DNA of 64,000 bases from Deltaproteobacteria bacterium. Lineage in GTDB: Bacteria; Desulfobacterota; Desulfuromonadia; Desulfuromonadales; JAAYDE01. The stretch is taken from the NCBI GenBank assembly GCA_016926265.1, contig JAFGOW010000038.1, forward strand, positions 12,964 to 76,963, given 5' to 3'. This document shows, piece by piece, positions 52,822-62,505 of this stretch (position 1 is its first letter; each line of letters begins with the position of its first letter). The notes beneath the pieces were generated by a model. That model saw nothing but the letters and a program-made list of their open reading frames with translations, had not been told where the DNA came from and searched no databases. Made by a program: the position numbers and the translations under genes.

Positions 52822-53751
52822 ATGAAAATACTCGTAACCGGCGGCTGTGGCAATATGGGTGGCCATGTTGTCAAGGCCCTTTCTGGCGAAGGACATGAGG
52901 TCCGGGTTCTGGACAAAGATGCCGATGGTCTGAGCAGACTCGCCGCACCGGGAGTGGAAACGGTGGTCGCCGACATCTCGGACCCGAAACGCATCGGCGA
53001 GGCGGTAAAGGGAGTCGAGGCGGTTTTGCATCTGGCCTGGAGTTTTTCCGAAGAACTTCTCGATCTGATCGATATCGATGTCAAGGGGTATAAATTCCTC
53101 CTGGACGCCGCCGTGGAACATGGAGTCCAGCATGTGATCAACGCCAGCACCGCCGTGGCCTACGGCAAACCCCTAACCTCCCCCGTGGATGAGTCCCATC
53201 CCCACCTGGTCGAAAAGGCCCGCAAACCCTCCTATGCCCTGGCCAAGTTGATCACCGAGGAGCTGGGGAAAATTTACACCGAAAAACACGATTTGGCCGT
53301 CAACACGGTGATGATCTGGTATGCCTATGGCGACGAGATCGGAGGCAAACACATCCGCGGCATGATAAAGGAAGCGATCCAGAAGGGGGTTGTCGAGGTC
53401 CCGGCCGGCAGCGGCGGCAGTTTTCTGCAACTGGACGATTTCGTCACCGGCGTCAAAGGGATCATCAAGGCCCGGCCCAAAGGGGAACTTTTCAATCTGG
53501 GGACGGTTTATCTCACTTGGGAAGAACTGGCCCGTTTGATTGTGGCGCAGGCCAATCCCCAGGCCAGGGTGATCGCCGTCCCCAAGGAAGGATGGACCGG
53601 CAGCGCCTTCCTCACCGATGATTGGAATTTCAGCACCCGGAAAGCCGAGAAGATGCTGGGCTATCGGACCCGTTTGAGCCGGGAAAAGGCTGTGGAGCAT
53701 CTGTCCAAGGCTCTTGAATCCTGCGTTTCGGAGGTCAAATCCAAGATCTGA
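52822..53751 (+). CDS. NAD-dependent epimerase/dehydratase family protein
   Basis: 309 aa. MKILVTGGCGNMGGHVV Rossmann motif and YALAK (YxxxK). Confidence 0.85.
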   Translation: MKILVTGGCGNMGGHVVKALSGEGHEVRVLDKDADGLSRLAAPGVETVVADISDPKRIGEAVKGVEAVLHLAWSFSEELLDLIDIDVKGYKFLLDAAVEHGVQHVINASTAVAYGKPLTSPVDESHPHLVEKARKPSYALAKLITEELGKIYTEKHDLAVNTVMIWYAYGDEIGGKHIRGMIKEAIQKGVVEVPAGSGGSFLQLDDFVTGVKGIIKARPKGELFNLGTVYLTWEELARLIVAQANPQARVIAVPKEGWTGSAFLTDDWNFSTRKAEKMLGYRTRLSREKAVEHLSKALESCVSEVKSKI

Positions 53752-53773
53752 CAGCCTCCAAAGCTTTTTTATC

Positions 53774-53806
53774 GACCGGGTTTTTCGGAACCCGGTCTTT
53801 TTGTTT
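53774..53806 (+). terminator. Rho-independent terminator after the epimerase gene
   Basis: GACCGGGTT tttcgg AACCCGGTC followed by TTTTTGTTT. Confidence 0.8.
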
Positions 53807-53918
53807 AACCTCTTGAGTTTGTTCACGGAACTTTAAAATTCTTTACAGTCCTGTCGTTGACATCGTGCGGCGGTGTGATTAATAAGTGAGGCAATATTTC
53901 ACTTTTCAGGAGGAGGCG

Positions 53919-55304
53919 ATGATGAAAATAAATTTCCTTTTAACCCGCCTGCTGCTTCCGATTTTGGTGTTGGCCGTTTGGAGTCCGCTTCAAGGGGCTT
54001 CCCTCCCCGATTTTGTCGAGCTTTCCCAAAAGATCAAACCGGCTGTTGTCAACATCCGGACATCCAAAACGGTTCATTTCCGGAAACCGCTTCTTCCAGG
54101 TCCCCGGGATGAATTCTTCAATGAATTTTTCGATCGTTTTTTTCGGGACATGCCCAATGCTCCCCGCAAGGAGCGCTCCCTCGGTTCCGGTTTCATCATT
54201 TCCCGGGATGGCTACATTCTGACCAACAACCACGTGGTGGACGGCGCCGATGAAATCGGAGTCCGGCTGGCCGACGGCAGAACCTTCAAGGGCGCGGTCA
54301 AGGGACTCGATCCAAAACTCGACCTGGCTTTGATCAAAATCGACGTAGGTAAGGAGGAACTGCCGGTCACCACCTTGGGGGACAGTGAAAGCCTGCGGGT
54401 AGGGGAATGGGTCATCGCCATCGGCAACCCCTTTGGCCTCGAACAGACGGTTACCGTGGGGATCGTGTCGGCCAAGGGGCGGGTGATCGGGGCCGGGCCC
54501 TACGACGATTTCATCCAGACCGACGCCTCCATCAACCCCGGGAATTCGGGCGGCCCCCTCTTCAACGCCAAGGGCGAGGTGGTGGGAATCAACACCGCCA
54601 TCGTCCGGGGAGGTCAGGGGATCGGTTTCGCCACCCCTGTCAATGCCGCCAAAAACATCATCCCTCAGCTTCGCGACAAGGGGAAGGTGGTGCGCGGCTG
54701 GCTTGGGGTGACAGTCCAGGATGTTTCTTCCGATCTGGCCAAATCCTTCGGTCTTGAAGAGGCCCAGGGAGCCCTGGTGTCCGAGGTGGTCAACGACTCT
54801 CCCGCCCACAAGTCGGGCCTAAAGAGGGGCGACATCATCCTGTCCCTCAATGGAAAAGAGGTCAATGCTCTCAATGACCTTCCCCGCCTGGTTGCGGACC
54901 GGAACGTAGGGGAAAAGGTTGAACTGACGATTTTCCGGGACGGGGAAAAGAAAACCTTCCAGGTAACTCTGGGTCAGGCGCCCGATGAGGAAACCCGAGC
55001 CCCCGCATCGGAAGAGGTTGGCGACCGTCTGGGGATGACGATTTCCGATGTAACGCCCGATGCGCGCCGGTTTTACAATCTCAAAGGGAATCGGGGAACC
55101 TTGATCACCCAGGTGGCCTCCGACGGCCCAGCAGCGGCGGCCAATCTTCGCCCCGGCGATCTGATTCTGGAAGTCAACAACAACGAGACTCCCGATGTGG
55201 CTTCTTTCCGGAAGGCTCTGGAAGGGCTCAAAAAAGGCCAGATCATCCGCTTGCTGGTGCAGCGGGGAAGCTACCTCTCCTTTACCACCGTGGAGGTTCA
55301 ATAG
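53919..55304 (+). CDS. Periplasmic serine endoprotease, DegP/DegQ/HtrA family (two PDZ domains)
   Basis: Start at MMKINFLLTRLLLPILVLAV, a signal peptide with a GGAGG SD. Catalytic triad contexts TNNHVV, DLALIKI and GNSGGPLF. Confidence 0.9.
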   Translation: MMKINFLLTRLLLPILVLAVWSPLQGASLPDFVELSQKIKPAVVNIRTSKTVHFRKPLLPGPRDEFFNEFFDRFFRDMPNAPRKERSLGSGFIISRDGYILTNNHVVDGADEIGVRLADGRTFKGAVKGLDPKLDLALIKIDVGKEELPVTTLGDSESLRVGEWVIAIGNPFGLEQTVTVGIVSAKGRVIGAGPYDDFIQTDASINPGNSGGPLFNAKGEVVGINTAIVRGGQGIGFATPVNAAKNIIPQLRDKGKVVRGWLGVTVQDVSSDLAKSFGLEEAQGALVSEVVNDSPAHKSGLKRGDIILSLNGKEVNALNDLPRLVADRNVGEKVELTIFRDGEKKTFQVTLGQAPDEETRAPASEEVGDRLGMTISDVTPDARRFYNLKGNRGTLITQVASDGPAAAANLRPGDLILEVNNNETPDVASFRKALEGLKKGQIIRLLVQRGSYLSFTTVEVQ

Positions 55305-55396
55305 TTTCCAGCCAAAGCTTCCAGATGGAAACTCAATAGCTCTCGAACAGCGCGCCGTCAGCCAATGGGGAATTTTTTTGTCACCGGGGATGGGCC

Positions 55397-56413
55397 ATGC
55401 GTTCCGTTTTCTTCCCCCAATTGATCAACGGCCCCTTCGGGGATCCGGCCCTTTATGTGCGACTGGCGCACCAGGGTTGCGCTCTTCTTTTCGATTGTGG
55501 GGACATCCATCCCCTGACGCCACGGCAGGCAGTGAAAATTCGGGCGGTTTTCATTTCCCACGCCCATATTGACCATCTCATCGGCTTTGGGGCGCTGATT
55601 CGGTTTTTTCTCTATCGGGAAACGCCTCTTCTGGTCTGCGGTCCCGAGGGGATAACCGAACGCATTCGCGGCCAGCTTTCGGGATACACCTGGAACCTGA
55701 TACGGGATTATCCCTTCCATCTGACGGTCCGGGAACTTCAATCCGGCTATCGGCGCGACACCCATTTCCGAGCCCGAACTTCATTCCACCCTGAGGAGGA
55801 AGCTCCTATTCCTTTGAAGGGGGATGTGCTGCTGGATCTTTCCCACTGTTTTGTGCGGGCCGTGCCTTTAGCTCATGGGGATATCCCCAGTTTGGCTTTT
55901 TCCCTGGAGGAGCCGACCCATATCGCCATTCACAAGGACGCGCTTGAAGCCTCTGGTTACCGACCGGGTTCCTGGCTTTCGGAATTTAAGGAGTTGGCGA
56001 GGAGAACCACGGATCCGGACCTTCTTGTCACGGTTCCTCTGGATTCGGGAGGGAGTGCCACCCTCCCCTTCGGAGAGCTGTTCCAACGGATCGCCCATCG
56101 GGAACGGGGAATGAAGCTCGCCTATGTGACCGATATCTCTCCCACCGAGGAGAACCTGGGAAAAATCGTCTGTCTTGCGGCAGATTCCCATCTGCTGGTA
56201 ATCGAGGCCGTTTTTTCCCACCATGACCGTCATCTGGCCCTGGAGAGGAACCACCTAACCGCCCGGATGGCTGGGGAATTGGCGCGAAGATGCAGAGCGG
56301 CCAGGTATCTGCTCTTCCACCACTCTCCCCGCTACCAAGGAGCGGCCGAGGTTTTGGAGCGCGAGGCTTTGCGGGCTTTCCATGGAGAGGCGGAGGGCGG
56401 ATTCCCGGTCTGA
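55397..56413 (+). CDS. MBL-fold metallo-hydrolase (RNase Z/ElaC-like)
   Basis: 338 aa. FISHAHIDHLIGF motif and later His/Asp ligands. Confidence 0.7.
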   Translation: MRSVFFPQLINGPFGDPALYVRLAHQGCALLFDCGDIHPLTPRQAVKIRAVFISHAHIDHLIGFGALIRFFLYRETPLLVCGPEGITERIRGQLSGYTWNLIRDYPFHLTVRELQSGYRRDTHFRARTSFHPEEEAPIPLKGDVLLDLSHCFVRAVPLAHGDIPSLAFSLEEPTHIAIHKDALEASGYRPGSWLSEFKELARRTTDPDLLVTVPLDSGGSATLPFGELFQRIAHRERGMKLAYVTDISPTEENLGKIVCLAADSHLLVIEAVFSHHDRHLALERNHLTARMAGELARRCRAARYLLFHHSPRYQGAAEVLEREALRAFHGEAEGGFPV

Positions 56414-56553
56414 TTCCCAGCGTCCGAACCAGCCGGCGCCGCCCCCGGCCCCGGAGATGAGGATGGCCGCTGTTAACATCAAAAACATTATTCTGCCGAT
56501 TGTTTGTCCTTTTTCCGCTACGGCAAGAGGTTTCCACCAAGCCTGGAGGAGGC

Positions 56554-56901
56554 ATGAACAGATTTCCGAACATTCTGGTTCTGGGGACGATCATTGTCTG
56601 TGGCATCCTGGTGGTTTCCTTGATCTGGCAAAACTATCTTCACTGGCGCCGCCAACATGATCTTCCCCTGAGCGGCGACGAGGCCTTTGTGGCTTCAAAA
56701 CGGGTCAATGAAGAGTTCCATACCGACACGGATCGGGAAAAACCCCACAGCGACCATTTCATCACTTTCCAGTTGGTCACCAGCGGTGAGGCCATTGAAT
56801 TCCGGACCACCGCCGCCGATTTTGCCTCTATAAATGAAGGGGAACGCGGCATCCTCTGGCACCAGGGAACCATCTTTCGCCGCTTTGAAAAACAGCAGTA
56901 A
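56554..56901 (+). CDS. DUF2500 (YhhM-like) membrane-anchored protein
   Basis: Start at MNRFPNILVLGTIIVCGILVV with a GGAGGAGG SD. The architecture and C-terminal GERGILWHQGTIFRRF resemble E. coli YhhM. Confidence 0.6.
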   Translation: MNRFPNILVLGTIIVCGILVVSLIWQNYLHWRRQHDLPLSGDEAFVASKRVNEEFHTDTDREKPHSDHFITFQLVTSGEAIEFRTTAADFASINEGERGILWHQGTIFRRFEKQQ

Positions 56902-56957
56902 AGATCAAACTTGTTCCAAATCCAAATCCCCAAAAAAATATTTTACGGGAGGAAATC

Positions 56958-57434
56958 ATGGCGATGGTGAAAACAGAGGGCATGGCCCCCGCATTTGTCC
57001 TGAGGGACCAGGAAAGCCGGGAGGTTCGGCTCGAGGATTTCCAAGGACGGTGGGTGGTCCTCTATTTCTACCCCAAGGATGGGACTTCGGGATGTACCCG
57101 CGAAGCCCTGGATTTTTCCATGCGGGCCGGGGAGTTAGCGACCCTCGATGCCGTGATTGTTGGAATCAGCCCCGATTCGGTGAAATCCCATGCCAATTTT
57201 GTCGTTAAAAATGGCTTGAAGCTTCAGCTTTTGAGTGATCCTCACCACGAGGTTTGTGAGCGCTATGGCGTCTGGCGGATGAAAAAAATGTGCGGACGAG
57301 AATCGATGGGTGTGGTACGGAGCACCTTTCTGATCGATCCTCATGGGATCGTCAAAAAGATCTGGGACAACGTCAAGGTCGATGGGCATGGCCAAGAAGT
57401 GCACCAAGCCCTCCGTGCCATGGCCCCCGGCTGA
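56958..57434 (+). CDS. bcp: Thioredoxin-dependent thiol peroxidase (Bcp/PrxQ)
   Basis: 158 aa with the peroxidatic Cys motif FYPKDGTSGCT. Confidence 0.9.
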   Translation: MAMVKTEGMAPAFVLRDQESREVRLEDFQGRWVVLYFYPKDGTSGCTREALDFSMRAGELATLDAVIVGISPDSVKSHANFVVKNGLKLQLLSDPHHEVCERYGVWRMKKMCGRESMGVVRSTFLIDPHGIVKKIWDNVKVDGHGQEVHQALRAMAPG

Positions 57435-57511
57435 TTTTTGAAAAGGGATTTTAACGATATCCGATGTTTACAGAAATATACAGGACCGATTGGGAGCGTT
57501 TTACCCCCTTT

Positions 57512-58267
57512 TCAAAGAAGCCCCATGAAGCGGTGCATCTGCGGTATGACGCGCACATCGGGATGGAGACGGGCCAGTTGTTCCTGAAATTTCATCAGGA
57601 CCGCACCAGGGAGCGAAGAGCCGCCGCTGCGGGGCTGCAGAATCACCGGCAGCCCAGGCCCGTGGACAGCGGCCATGGCGGCGGCCTGTTCCAGTTCCTC
57701 CGTATCAACCCCTTGATCGATGACGATTTTGACACATCCTTCTTTCCCCGCCGCCAGACGCAGAAAATCGCCATGGGCTTGCCATGGGGTCGGTTCCCCG
57801 GTCATGGAGGCCAGTTTGATATCCATGGCGATATAATCGAGGTGGGGGAGCAGTTCTTCCAGAACCGCCGGCAGGGTGCCATTGGTTTCCAGGTAGATGG
57901 GCAGCAGGGAGCGCAAGGCCGGAAGCCATTGGCGCAGCGTATCGACCTGAAGCAAAGGCTCCCCGCCGGTAATACTGATGGAATGATGGGATCGTGGCGC
58001 CGCCTGTATCCAAGAGGTGATAATTTGGCGGAGCCGAGGCCAGGAAACGGGATTGGGGACTTCCACGAAAGCCCCTTCTCCCGGTTTTCTTTCCACCCGG
58101 CAGTTGGGGCTGGGCTCGACGGAAGTGTCACAATAGGCGCAAGAGCGGTTGCAGCAGCCGAAACGGATAAAGATCTGGCGGCGGCCCAGCCAGGTGGCCT
58201 CACCCTGGATGGAAGAGAAAATTTCCAGAAGCCAGGCGTCAGTCACGAGTGTAGGCGGCGCAGGCAC
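57512..58267 (-). CDS. queE: 7-carboxy-7-deazaguanine synthase QueE (radical SAM)
   Basis: EIFSSIQGEATWLGRRQIFIRFGCCNRSCAYCDT. The 5' end overlaps queD by about 29 nt, so the start is uncertain. Confidence 0.85.
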   Translation of the reverse strand: MPAPPTLVTDAWLLEIFSSIQGEATWLGRRQIFIRFGCCNRSCAYCDTSVEPSPNCRVERKPGEGAFVEVPNPVSWPRLRQIITSWIQAAPRSHHSISITGGEPLLQVDTLRQWLPALRSLLPIYLETNGTLPAVLEELLPHLDYIAMDIKLASMTGEPTPWQAHGDFLRLAAGKEGCVKIVIDQGVDTEELEQAAAMAAVHGPGLPVILQPRSGGSSLPGAVLMKFQEQLARLHPDVRVIPQMHRFMGLL

Positions 58268-58610
58268 GATCCGACTCCCAGACGGCGACTTTCTCCACCT
58301 TCACCTGGTAGGGGGCGAAGATCGTTTCCAACTGTTCGAAAAGAAAACGGGAAATATTCTCGGAGGAGGGGCTGACCTCCCGAAACGGAGGCAATTGGTT
58401 GAGGTATTTGTGGTCCAGCCCCTGAAGCAGTTTTTTGGTTTCTCCCTTCAGAATGCGGAAGTCCACCCCGAGCCCGGCCCGATCAAGAACCGGAGCTGAA
58501 ACGGTCACTTCCACCTTCCAGTTGTGGCCATGCAGGTTTTCGCAATCCCCATGATAGTTCAAAAGATTATGGGCAGCGGCAAAATCGGTTTGAATGGTCA
58601 GGTGGTACAT
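58239..58610 (-). CDS. queD: 6-carboxytetrahydropterin synthase QueD
   Basis: 123 aa. FAAAHNLLNYHGDCENLHGHNWKVEV. Confidence 0.9.
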   Translation of the reverse strand: MYHLTIQTDFAAAHNLLNYHGDCENLHGHNWKVEVTVSAPVLDRAGLGVDFRILKGETKKLLQGLDHKYLNQLPPFREVSPSSENISRFLFEQLETIFAPYQVKVEKVAVWESDRACAAYTRD

Positions 58611-58614
58611 CAGG

Positions 58615-58845
58615 TCATCTCTCCGGGTCGGTTTGGAGGGCCGGCTCGTTCTCCGGCGGTATTGGTTCTTTGGAGGGAATCCGGTATTCTTCGCCGGACC
58701 AGTTCCCGAGGTCGATCAGGCGGCATCTCGGTGAGCAGAAAGGCCGATCGGGAGACTGGCCCCAATCTACTGTTTTCCCGCATATCGGGCAGGCAATGAT
58801 AATCTTCTTTCGACCGCCAAAATTCAAAATATTTTTCTCATGCAT
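58615..58845 (-). CDS. yacG: DNA gyrase inhibitor YacG (zinc finger)
   Basis: [10 protein letters not shown]...[16 protein letters not shown]. Confidence 0.8.
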   Translation of the reverse strand: MHEKNILNFGGRKKIIIACPICGKTVDWGQSPDRPFCSPRCRLIDLGNWSGEEYRIPSKEPIPPENEPALQTDPER

Positions 58846-58878
58846 TGTGGAGTTTTATCGTCAGGAAAAATCTTGGAA

Positions 58879-59490
58879 TCAATTTTTGAGCAGTTGAAGG
58901 ATTTCCCGCTCATGATGAGAAATAATACGAATGCTGTCCAAAATTGCCAAAAATATTGGGGCAGCTTTGGGTTGACAAAGCCCTTCAATCAGTCTGGCTT
59001 CATGATCGGTGGCGAAATCAATGCAGAGTTTGTCCATTTCAACAACCTTGGAAGTAACATAATTTTCAAGAATTTGGTTGTCAGTCAAAAAAATATCCGC
59101 CAATGATCGGAATAACCCGGCCTGATGATCAAAAAGAAAATTAGTTTGAGAGATCGCTTTGTCTGAAAAAAGTATTCCTTCCGATATTTGTTTTCGAATA
59201 GGGTCTCTTAATTCAGAAGTTGCCTCACTTACTAATTCAAGGTGTGAAAAGATACTTTCAATCTGAACTGCTTTCTTTTTTTCTAGTTCCTTTCCAGAAA
59301 ATGATTTTAAATTATTTTTTCCGTTGCTAATTTCCTGAGAGACCCGGTTCTGAATTTGATTCGCATCGTTTAGGTAGGAAATTTTCTGTCGATTAAACGC
59401 ATTTCTTATCAATAGAATTAGTTCGGTAATATCTTCAATGACGGGAACCAGTAATTCACTTCGACATTTGATCAAACCGGTGTCAGTCAT
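58879..59490 (-). CDS. All-helical PhoU-like / Na-Pi-cotransporter-C-terminal-like protein (tentative)
   Basis: Start moved to MTDTGLIKCRSE (AAGGAGG SD 5 nt upstream) rather than 59706. Very AT-rich. The C-terminal ATDHEARLIEGL...FLAILDSIRIISHHEREI resembles the PhoU repeat. Confidence 0.45.
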   Translation of the reverse strand: MTDTGLIKCRSELLVPVIEDITELILLIRNAFNRQKISYLNDANQIQNRVSQEISNGKNNLKSFSGKELEKKKAVQIESIFSHLELVSEATSELRDPIRKQISEGILFSDKAISQTNFLFDHQAGLFRSLADIFLTDNQILENYVTSKVVEMDKLCIDFATDHEARLIEGLCQPKAAPIFLAILDSIRIISHHEREILQLLKN

Positions 59491-59605
59491 TATTTCCTCC
59501 TTTCCTGAGGTCAAAAAATCTTTACAAACCGTCCATTCCTCATTAATTTTATCACCAGAAAGGAAATCGTACAGGCTGATCAAGGGATAACGGAAAAGAG
59601 AGAGC

Positions 59606-60130
59606 TTATGGACCCCCTCCCACGGCAGGGTTGGGATGAGAGATGGCGGGTCTAATTCTTTTGCATGGCAGCCCGATATCGAAAACCTGGCCGCGGCGTT
59701 CCACAAAAATTTCCTCTTCGGATTGAGCCGGATGAAAATTATTGGAGCTCGGAATCGGAGCGCATCGGATTCCGTAACTCTGATGGAGCTTCAGGGCTGG
59801 AATGAAAGCGGGTATTCGGTAAACGATCCCATCCACGACGCAGGAAACTTCGTTCCTTAAGAACTCCTCTCCGGGGTCCTTTTTTTGGTTCCCGTTGCGG
59901 TCGTGGAATGCATGGATGATAAGGAGCCCTTTTTCTGTCGGCACGCCGGGAGCCGATCCGAAGATCAGATTGAAGAGATTCCCCTGTTTGGCCTCCGATT
60001 CTTCGGGCTTTTTCTCTCTGGTTAACTCTGTAGATTTTTCAGCGGCTTGGCAATCCGCAACTGTCCAACTGGGGCCGAATTCTAAAACCACCATCCCAAA
60101 AACCAGAATCCAAAATTTGCGAAAAGGCAT
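59606..60130 (-). CDS. Exported hypothetical protein with an SdrD-B/Cna-B-like beta-sandwich motif
   Basis: Signal peptide MPFRKFWILVFGMVVLEFGPSWTVA. HAFHDRNGNQKKDPGEEFLRNEVSCVVDG resembles the D.NGNG..D.GE repeat of SdrD-B-like domains. Confidence 0.45.
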   Translation of the reverse strand: MPFRKFWILVFGMVVLEFGPSWTVADCQAAEKSTELTREKKPEESEAKQGNLFNLIFGSAPGVPTEKGLLIIHAFHDRNGNQKKDPGEEFLRNEVSCVVDGIVYRIPAFIPALKLHQSYGIRCAPIPSSNNFHPAQSEEEIFVERRGQVFDIGLPCKRIRPAISHPNPAVGGGP

Positions 60131-60275
60131 GAAGCGGAATTTTCCTGAAGGATTTTGATCGGTATCATACCATTCCAGGCGAAAAAGCGAAAGGGTGACG
60201 CCGACAGATCAGGCGTTCTTTCCTCGGCGCAAAAAGGGTCCCCGCTTGACCGCAGCGGAGGATGATAATAGACTG

Positions 60276-60809
60276 ATGCAGGAGACATTTTTTATGAATT
60301 CTACCGAAATAACTCATGTTTCTGAAATAATATTTGAAAAGGAACGATTTTCCTTCGGGTCTCTGCAGGAGGAAATCGTGGTGGACCGGCTTTGTCAAAA
60401 CCTGCTTCGGGTTTTTTGCCGGGAATTGAGCCTTTGCCAGGGGTTTACCGCCGAGGCTGCCGGGGGCAAAGCCCATGGCGCCGACTATTTTTTGCGGGAT
60501 TTCGTCATATCGGAACGTCGCAAAAATATTTTCGAGGTGACGCCTCGCGACGTCACTGTATTTGCTGGAAACTGGTACATCGTCAAGAATCTGGAACCAA
60601 ATATTGAAGAATTGTCGGAAATTCTGGCCGGTATCGACAGTTTTTTCGAGTTCTGCCACAACCATGGAATTATCAGTGAGGAAAGGCGTCGGGAACTGTC
60701 CGAAGCCTGCTCCCAGCTGGAATTCTACCGCCAAAGGATCGATGATTTCTGGGCAATTGAAAAGGATGGCTATTTCCGGTGGGAAGCCGAATGTACCCTG
60801 AAAGATTGA
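60276..60809 (+). CDS. Hypothetical protein, family not recognised
   Basis: The track ORF begins at 60195. Likely starts are 60276 (MQETFF) or 60294 (MNSTEI, AGGAG SD 9 nt upstream). No motif recognised. Confidence 0.45.
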   Translation: MQETFFMNSTEITHVSEIIFEKERFSFGSLQEEIVVDRLCQNLLRVFCRELSLCQGFTAEAAGGKAHGADYFLRDFVISERRKNIFEVTPRDVTVFAGNWYIVKNLEPNIEELSEILAGIDSFFEFCHNHGIISEERRRELSEACSQLEFYRQRIDDFWAIEKDGYFRWEAECTLKD

Positions 60810-60849
60810 TTTTTAAAACTCCCCTTCCCTTTCAGGAAGCAGTGCTGCC

Positions 60850-61773
60850 ATGACGCTGGCCAACCCTAAGATTCGCGCGGCATTGATCTCACTGGTCACC
60901 GCTTTTTTCCTCTGCGTGACAAAACTCCTGACCGGTTTTCTCACCGGTTCACTGGCGGTTCTCTCTTCGGGCATCGATTCCCTGCTTGACATCGTGATGT
61001 CAGGGATCAACTTTGTGGCGATCCAGCGCGCCGAGGAACCTCCCGACAAAGAACATCCTTTCGGCCACGGCAAATTTGAGACCGTGGCTACCATTCTCCA
61101 GGCGACCATCATTTCCGCGTCCGGACTCTGGATTATCTATGAATCGTATCGGCGCCTTATGGCTGGGGGACGGCTGGTCCGGCTGGAAGGGGGAATCGGG
61201 GTTCTGTCGATCGGCGCCCTGGTTTCCTGGGTCATAGCCCGCTATTTGAAACGGGTGGCCACGGCAACCGATTCCGCGGCTCTCAAGGCGGACTCCATCC
61301 ATTTTTCCATGGATGTGTACACCAACGCCGCCCTGGTAATCGGCTTGGCGGCGATCAGCTATTATCAGATCACCTGGCTGGATTCGGTTCTGTCGATGCT
61401 GGTGGGGCTTTACATTATTTACGAGGCTTTTTTCCTGCTCCGCCACGGCCTCCGGGATGTGGTGGACGCTGAACTCCCCGAGCAGTTACGTCAGGAAATA
61501 ATCCACCTGATTGAGGAATCAGAAGGCCAGATTATCGAGTTCCACAACCTGCGGACACGGCGCGCCGGTTCCCAGAAAATCATGGATTTTCATCTGGTTG
61601 TTTGCCGCAAACTTTCCCTGGAAGAGGCCCACGGAATCGCCGACGCCCTGGAGAAGAGGATTGAATCCGCCATCAAGGGAGCGGATGTCACCATTCATCT
61701 CGAGCCTTGCAAGGAGAGGCCCTGTCCAGGGCCGCGCCAATGCTCCCTGGCCCGGAAACCGTCATCTCCATAA
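60850..61773 (+). CDS. Cation diffusion facilitator (CDF) family metal efflux transporter
   Basis: 307 aa. GSLAVLSSGIDSLLD, HPFGHGKFE and a C-terminal cytoplasmic domain. Confidence 0.9.
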   Translation: MTLANPKIRAALISLVTAFFLCVTKLLTGFLTGSLAVLSSGIDSLLDIVMSGINFVAIQRAEEPPDKEHPFGHGKFETVATILQATIISASGLWIIYESYRRLMAGGRLVRLEGGIGVLSIGALVSWVIARYLKRVATATDSAALKADSIHFSMDVYTNAALVIGLAAISYYQITWLDSVLSMLVGLYIIYEAFFLLRHGLRDVVDAELPEQLRQEIIHLIEESEGQIIEFHNLRTRRAGSQKIMDFHLVVCRKLSLEEAHGIADALEKRIESAIKGADVTIHLEPCKERPCPGPRQCSLARKPSSP

Positions 61774-61799
61774 GGCTACCGGGACGGGAAAAAGATCCC

Positions 61800-62330
61800 C
61801 TATTGAGCGGGATCCTCCAAAAGCCCCAGCATCTCCCCCAACGTCTTTCGATAAACCATTTCATCCTGGGTGGAAAAACAGACAAACCAAACCTCCAGCC
61901 CGCTGGATCCTTTATCCAAAAAATTTTTTACTTCCCTGATTGCAATACGACAGGCCTTGTCGATGGGAAAACCGTAGACCCCCGTGCTGATGGAAGGGAA
62001 TGCGATGCTTCGGATGGCGAGTTCTTCAGCCAATCGAAGGCAATTCCGGTAACAGTTCGCCAGATCCTCTTCTTCATGGTGGTTGCCCCCTCGCCACACC
62101 GGACCCACCGTGTGAATGACGAATTGGGCCGCCAGCAGGTAGCCCCTGGTGAGGCGGGCCTCTCCTGTCGGACACCCTCCCAAAGCGCGGCACTCCTTGA
62201 GCAATTCGGGGCCGGCGGCCCGATGAATGGCGCCGTCCACCCCACCTCCGCCCAGCAAGGAGTTATTGGCGGCGTTGACGATGGCTTCCACCGTCAGTTG
62301 GGTAATATCCCCCCGGATGACTTTCATCAT
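61800..62330 (-). CDS. Macro-domain protein (O-acetyl-ADP-ribose deacetylase, YmdB-like)
   Basis: 176 aa. GDITQLTVEAIVNAANNSLLGGGGVDGAIHRAAG ... SIAFPSISTGVYGFP. AAGGAGGG SD. Confidence 0.9.
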   Translation of the reverse strand: MMKVIRGDITQLTVEAIVNAANNSLLGGGGVDGAIHRAAGPELLKECRALGGCPTGEARLTRGYLLAAQFVIHTVGPVWRGGNHHEEEDLANCYRNCLRLAEELAIRSIAFPSISTGVYGFPIDKACRIAIREVKNFLDKGSSGLEVWFVCFSTQDEMVYRKTLGEMLGLLEDPAQ

Positions 62331-62505
62331 GGGACCCTCCTTGATGGTTTACGGGTTTTCCTGGGGAAAAAATTCTTGTAATTAATTTAAACCAGTAGTC
62401 CGCGCCCTTCCCCATCCGAATGGACAAGCCCGTCGGTTCGCAGCGCCTTTCCAAGGGGAACGGAATAGCGATTGGGAAAGGAGCGGAATGGCGGTGGAAA
62501 CGATT

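Noticed and set aside
57439-57507. Long-range inverted repeat TTTGAAAAGGG ... CCCTTTTCAAA between convergent bcp and queE
   Set aside because: The loop is about 50 nt and there is no adjacent T-run. At best it is a weak bidirectional terminator, not supportable as a feature.
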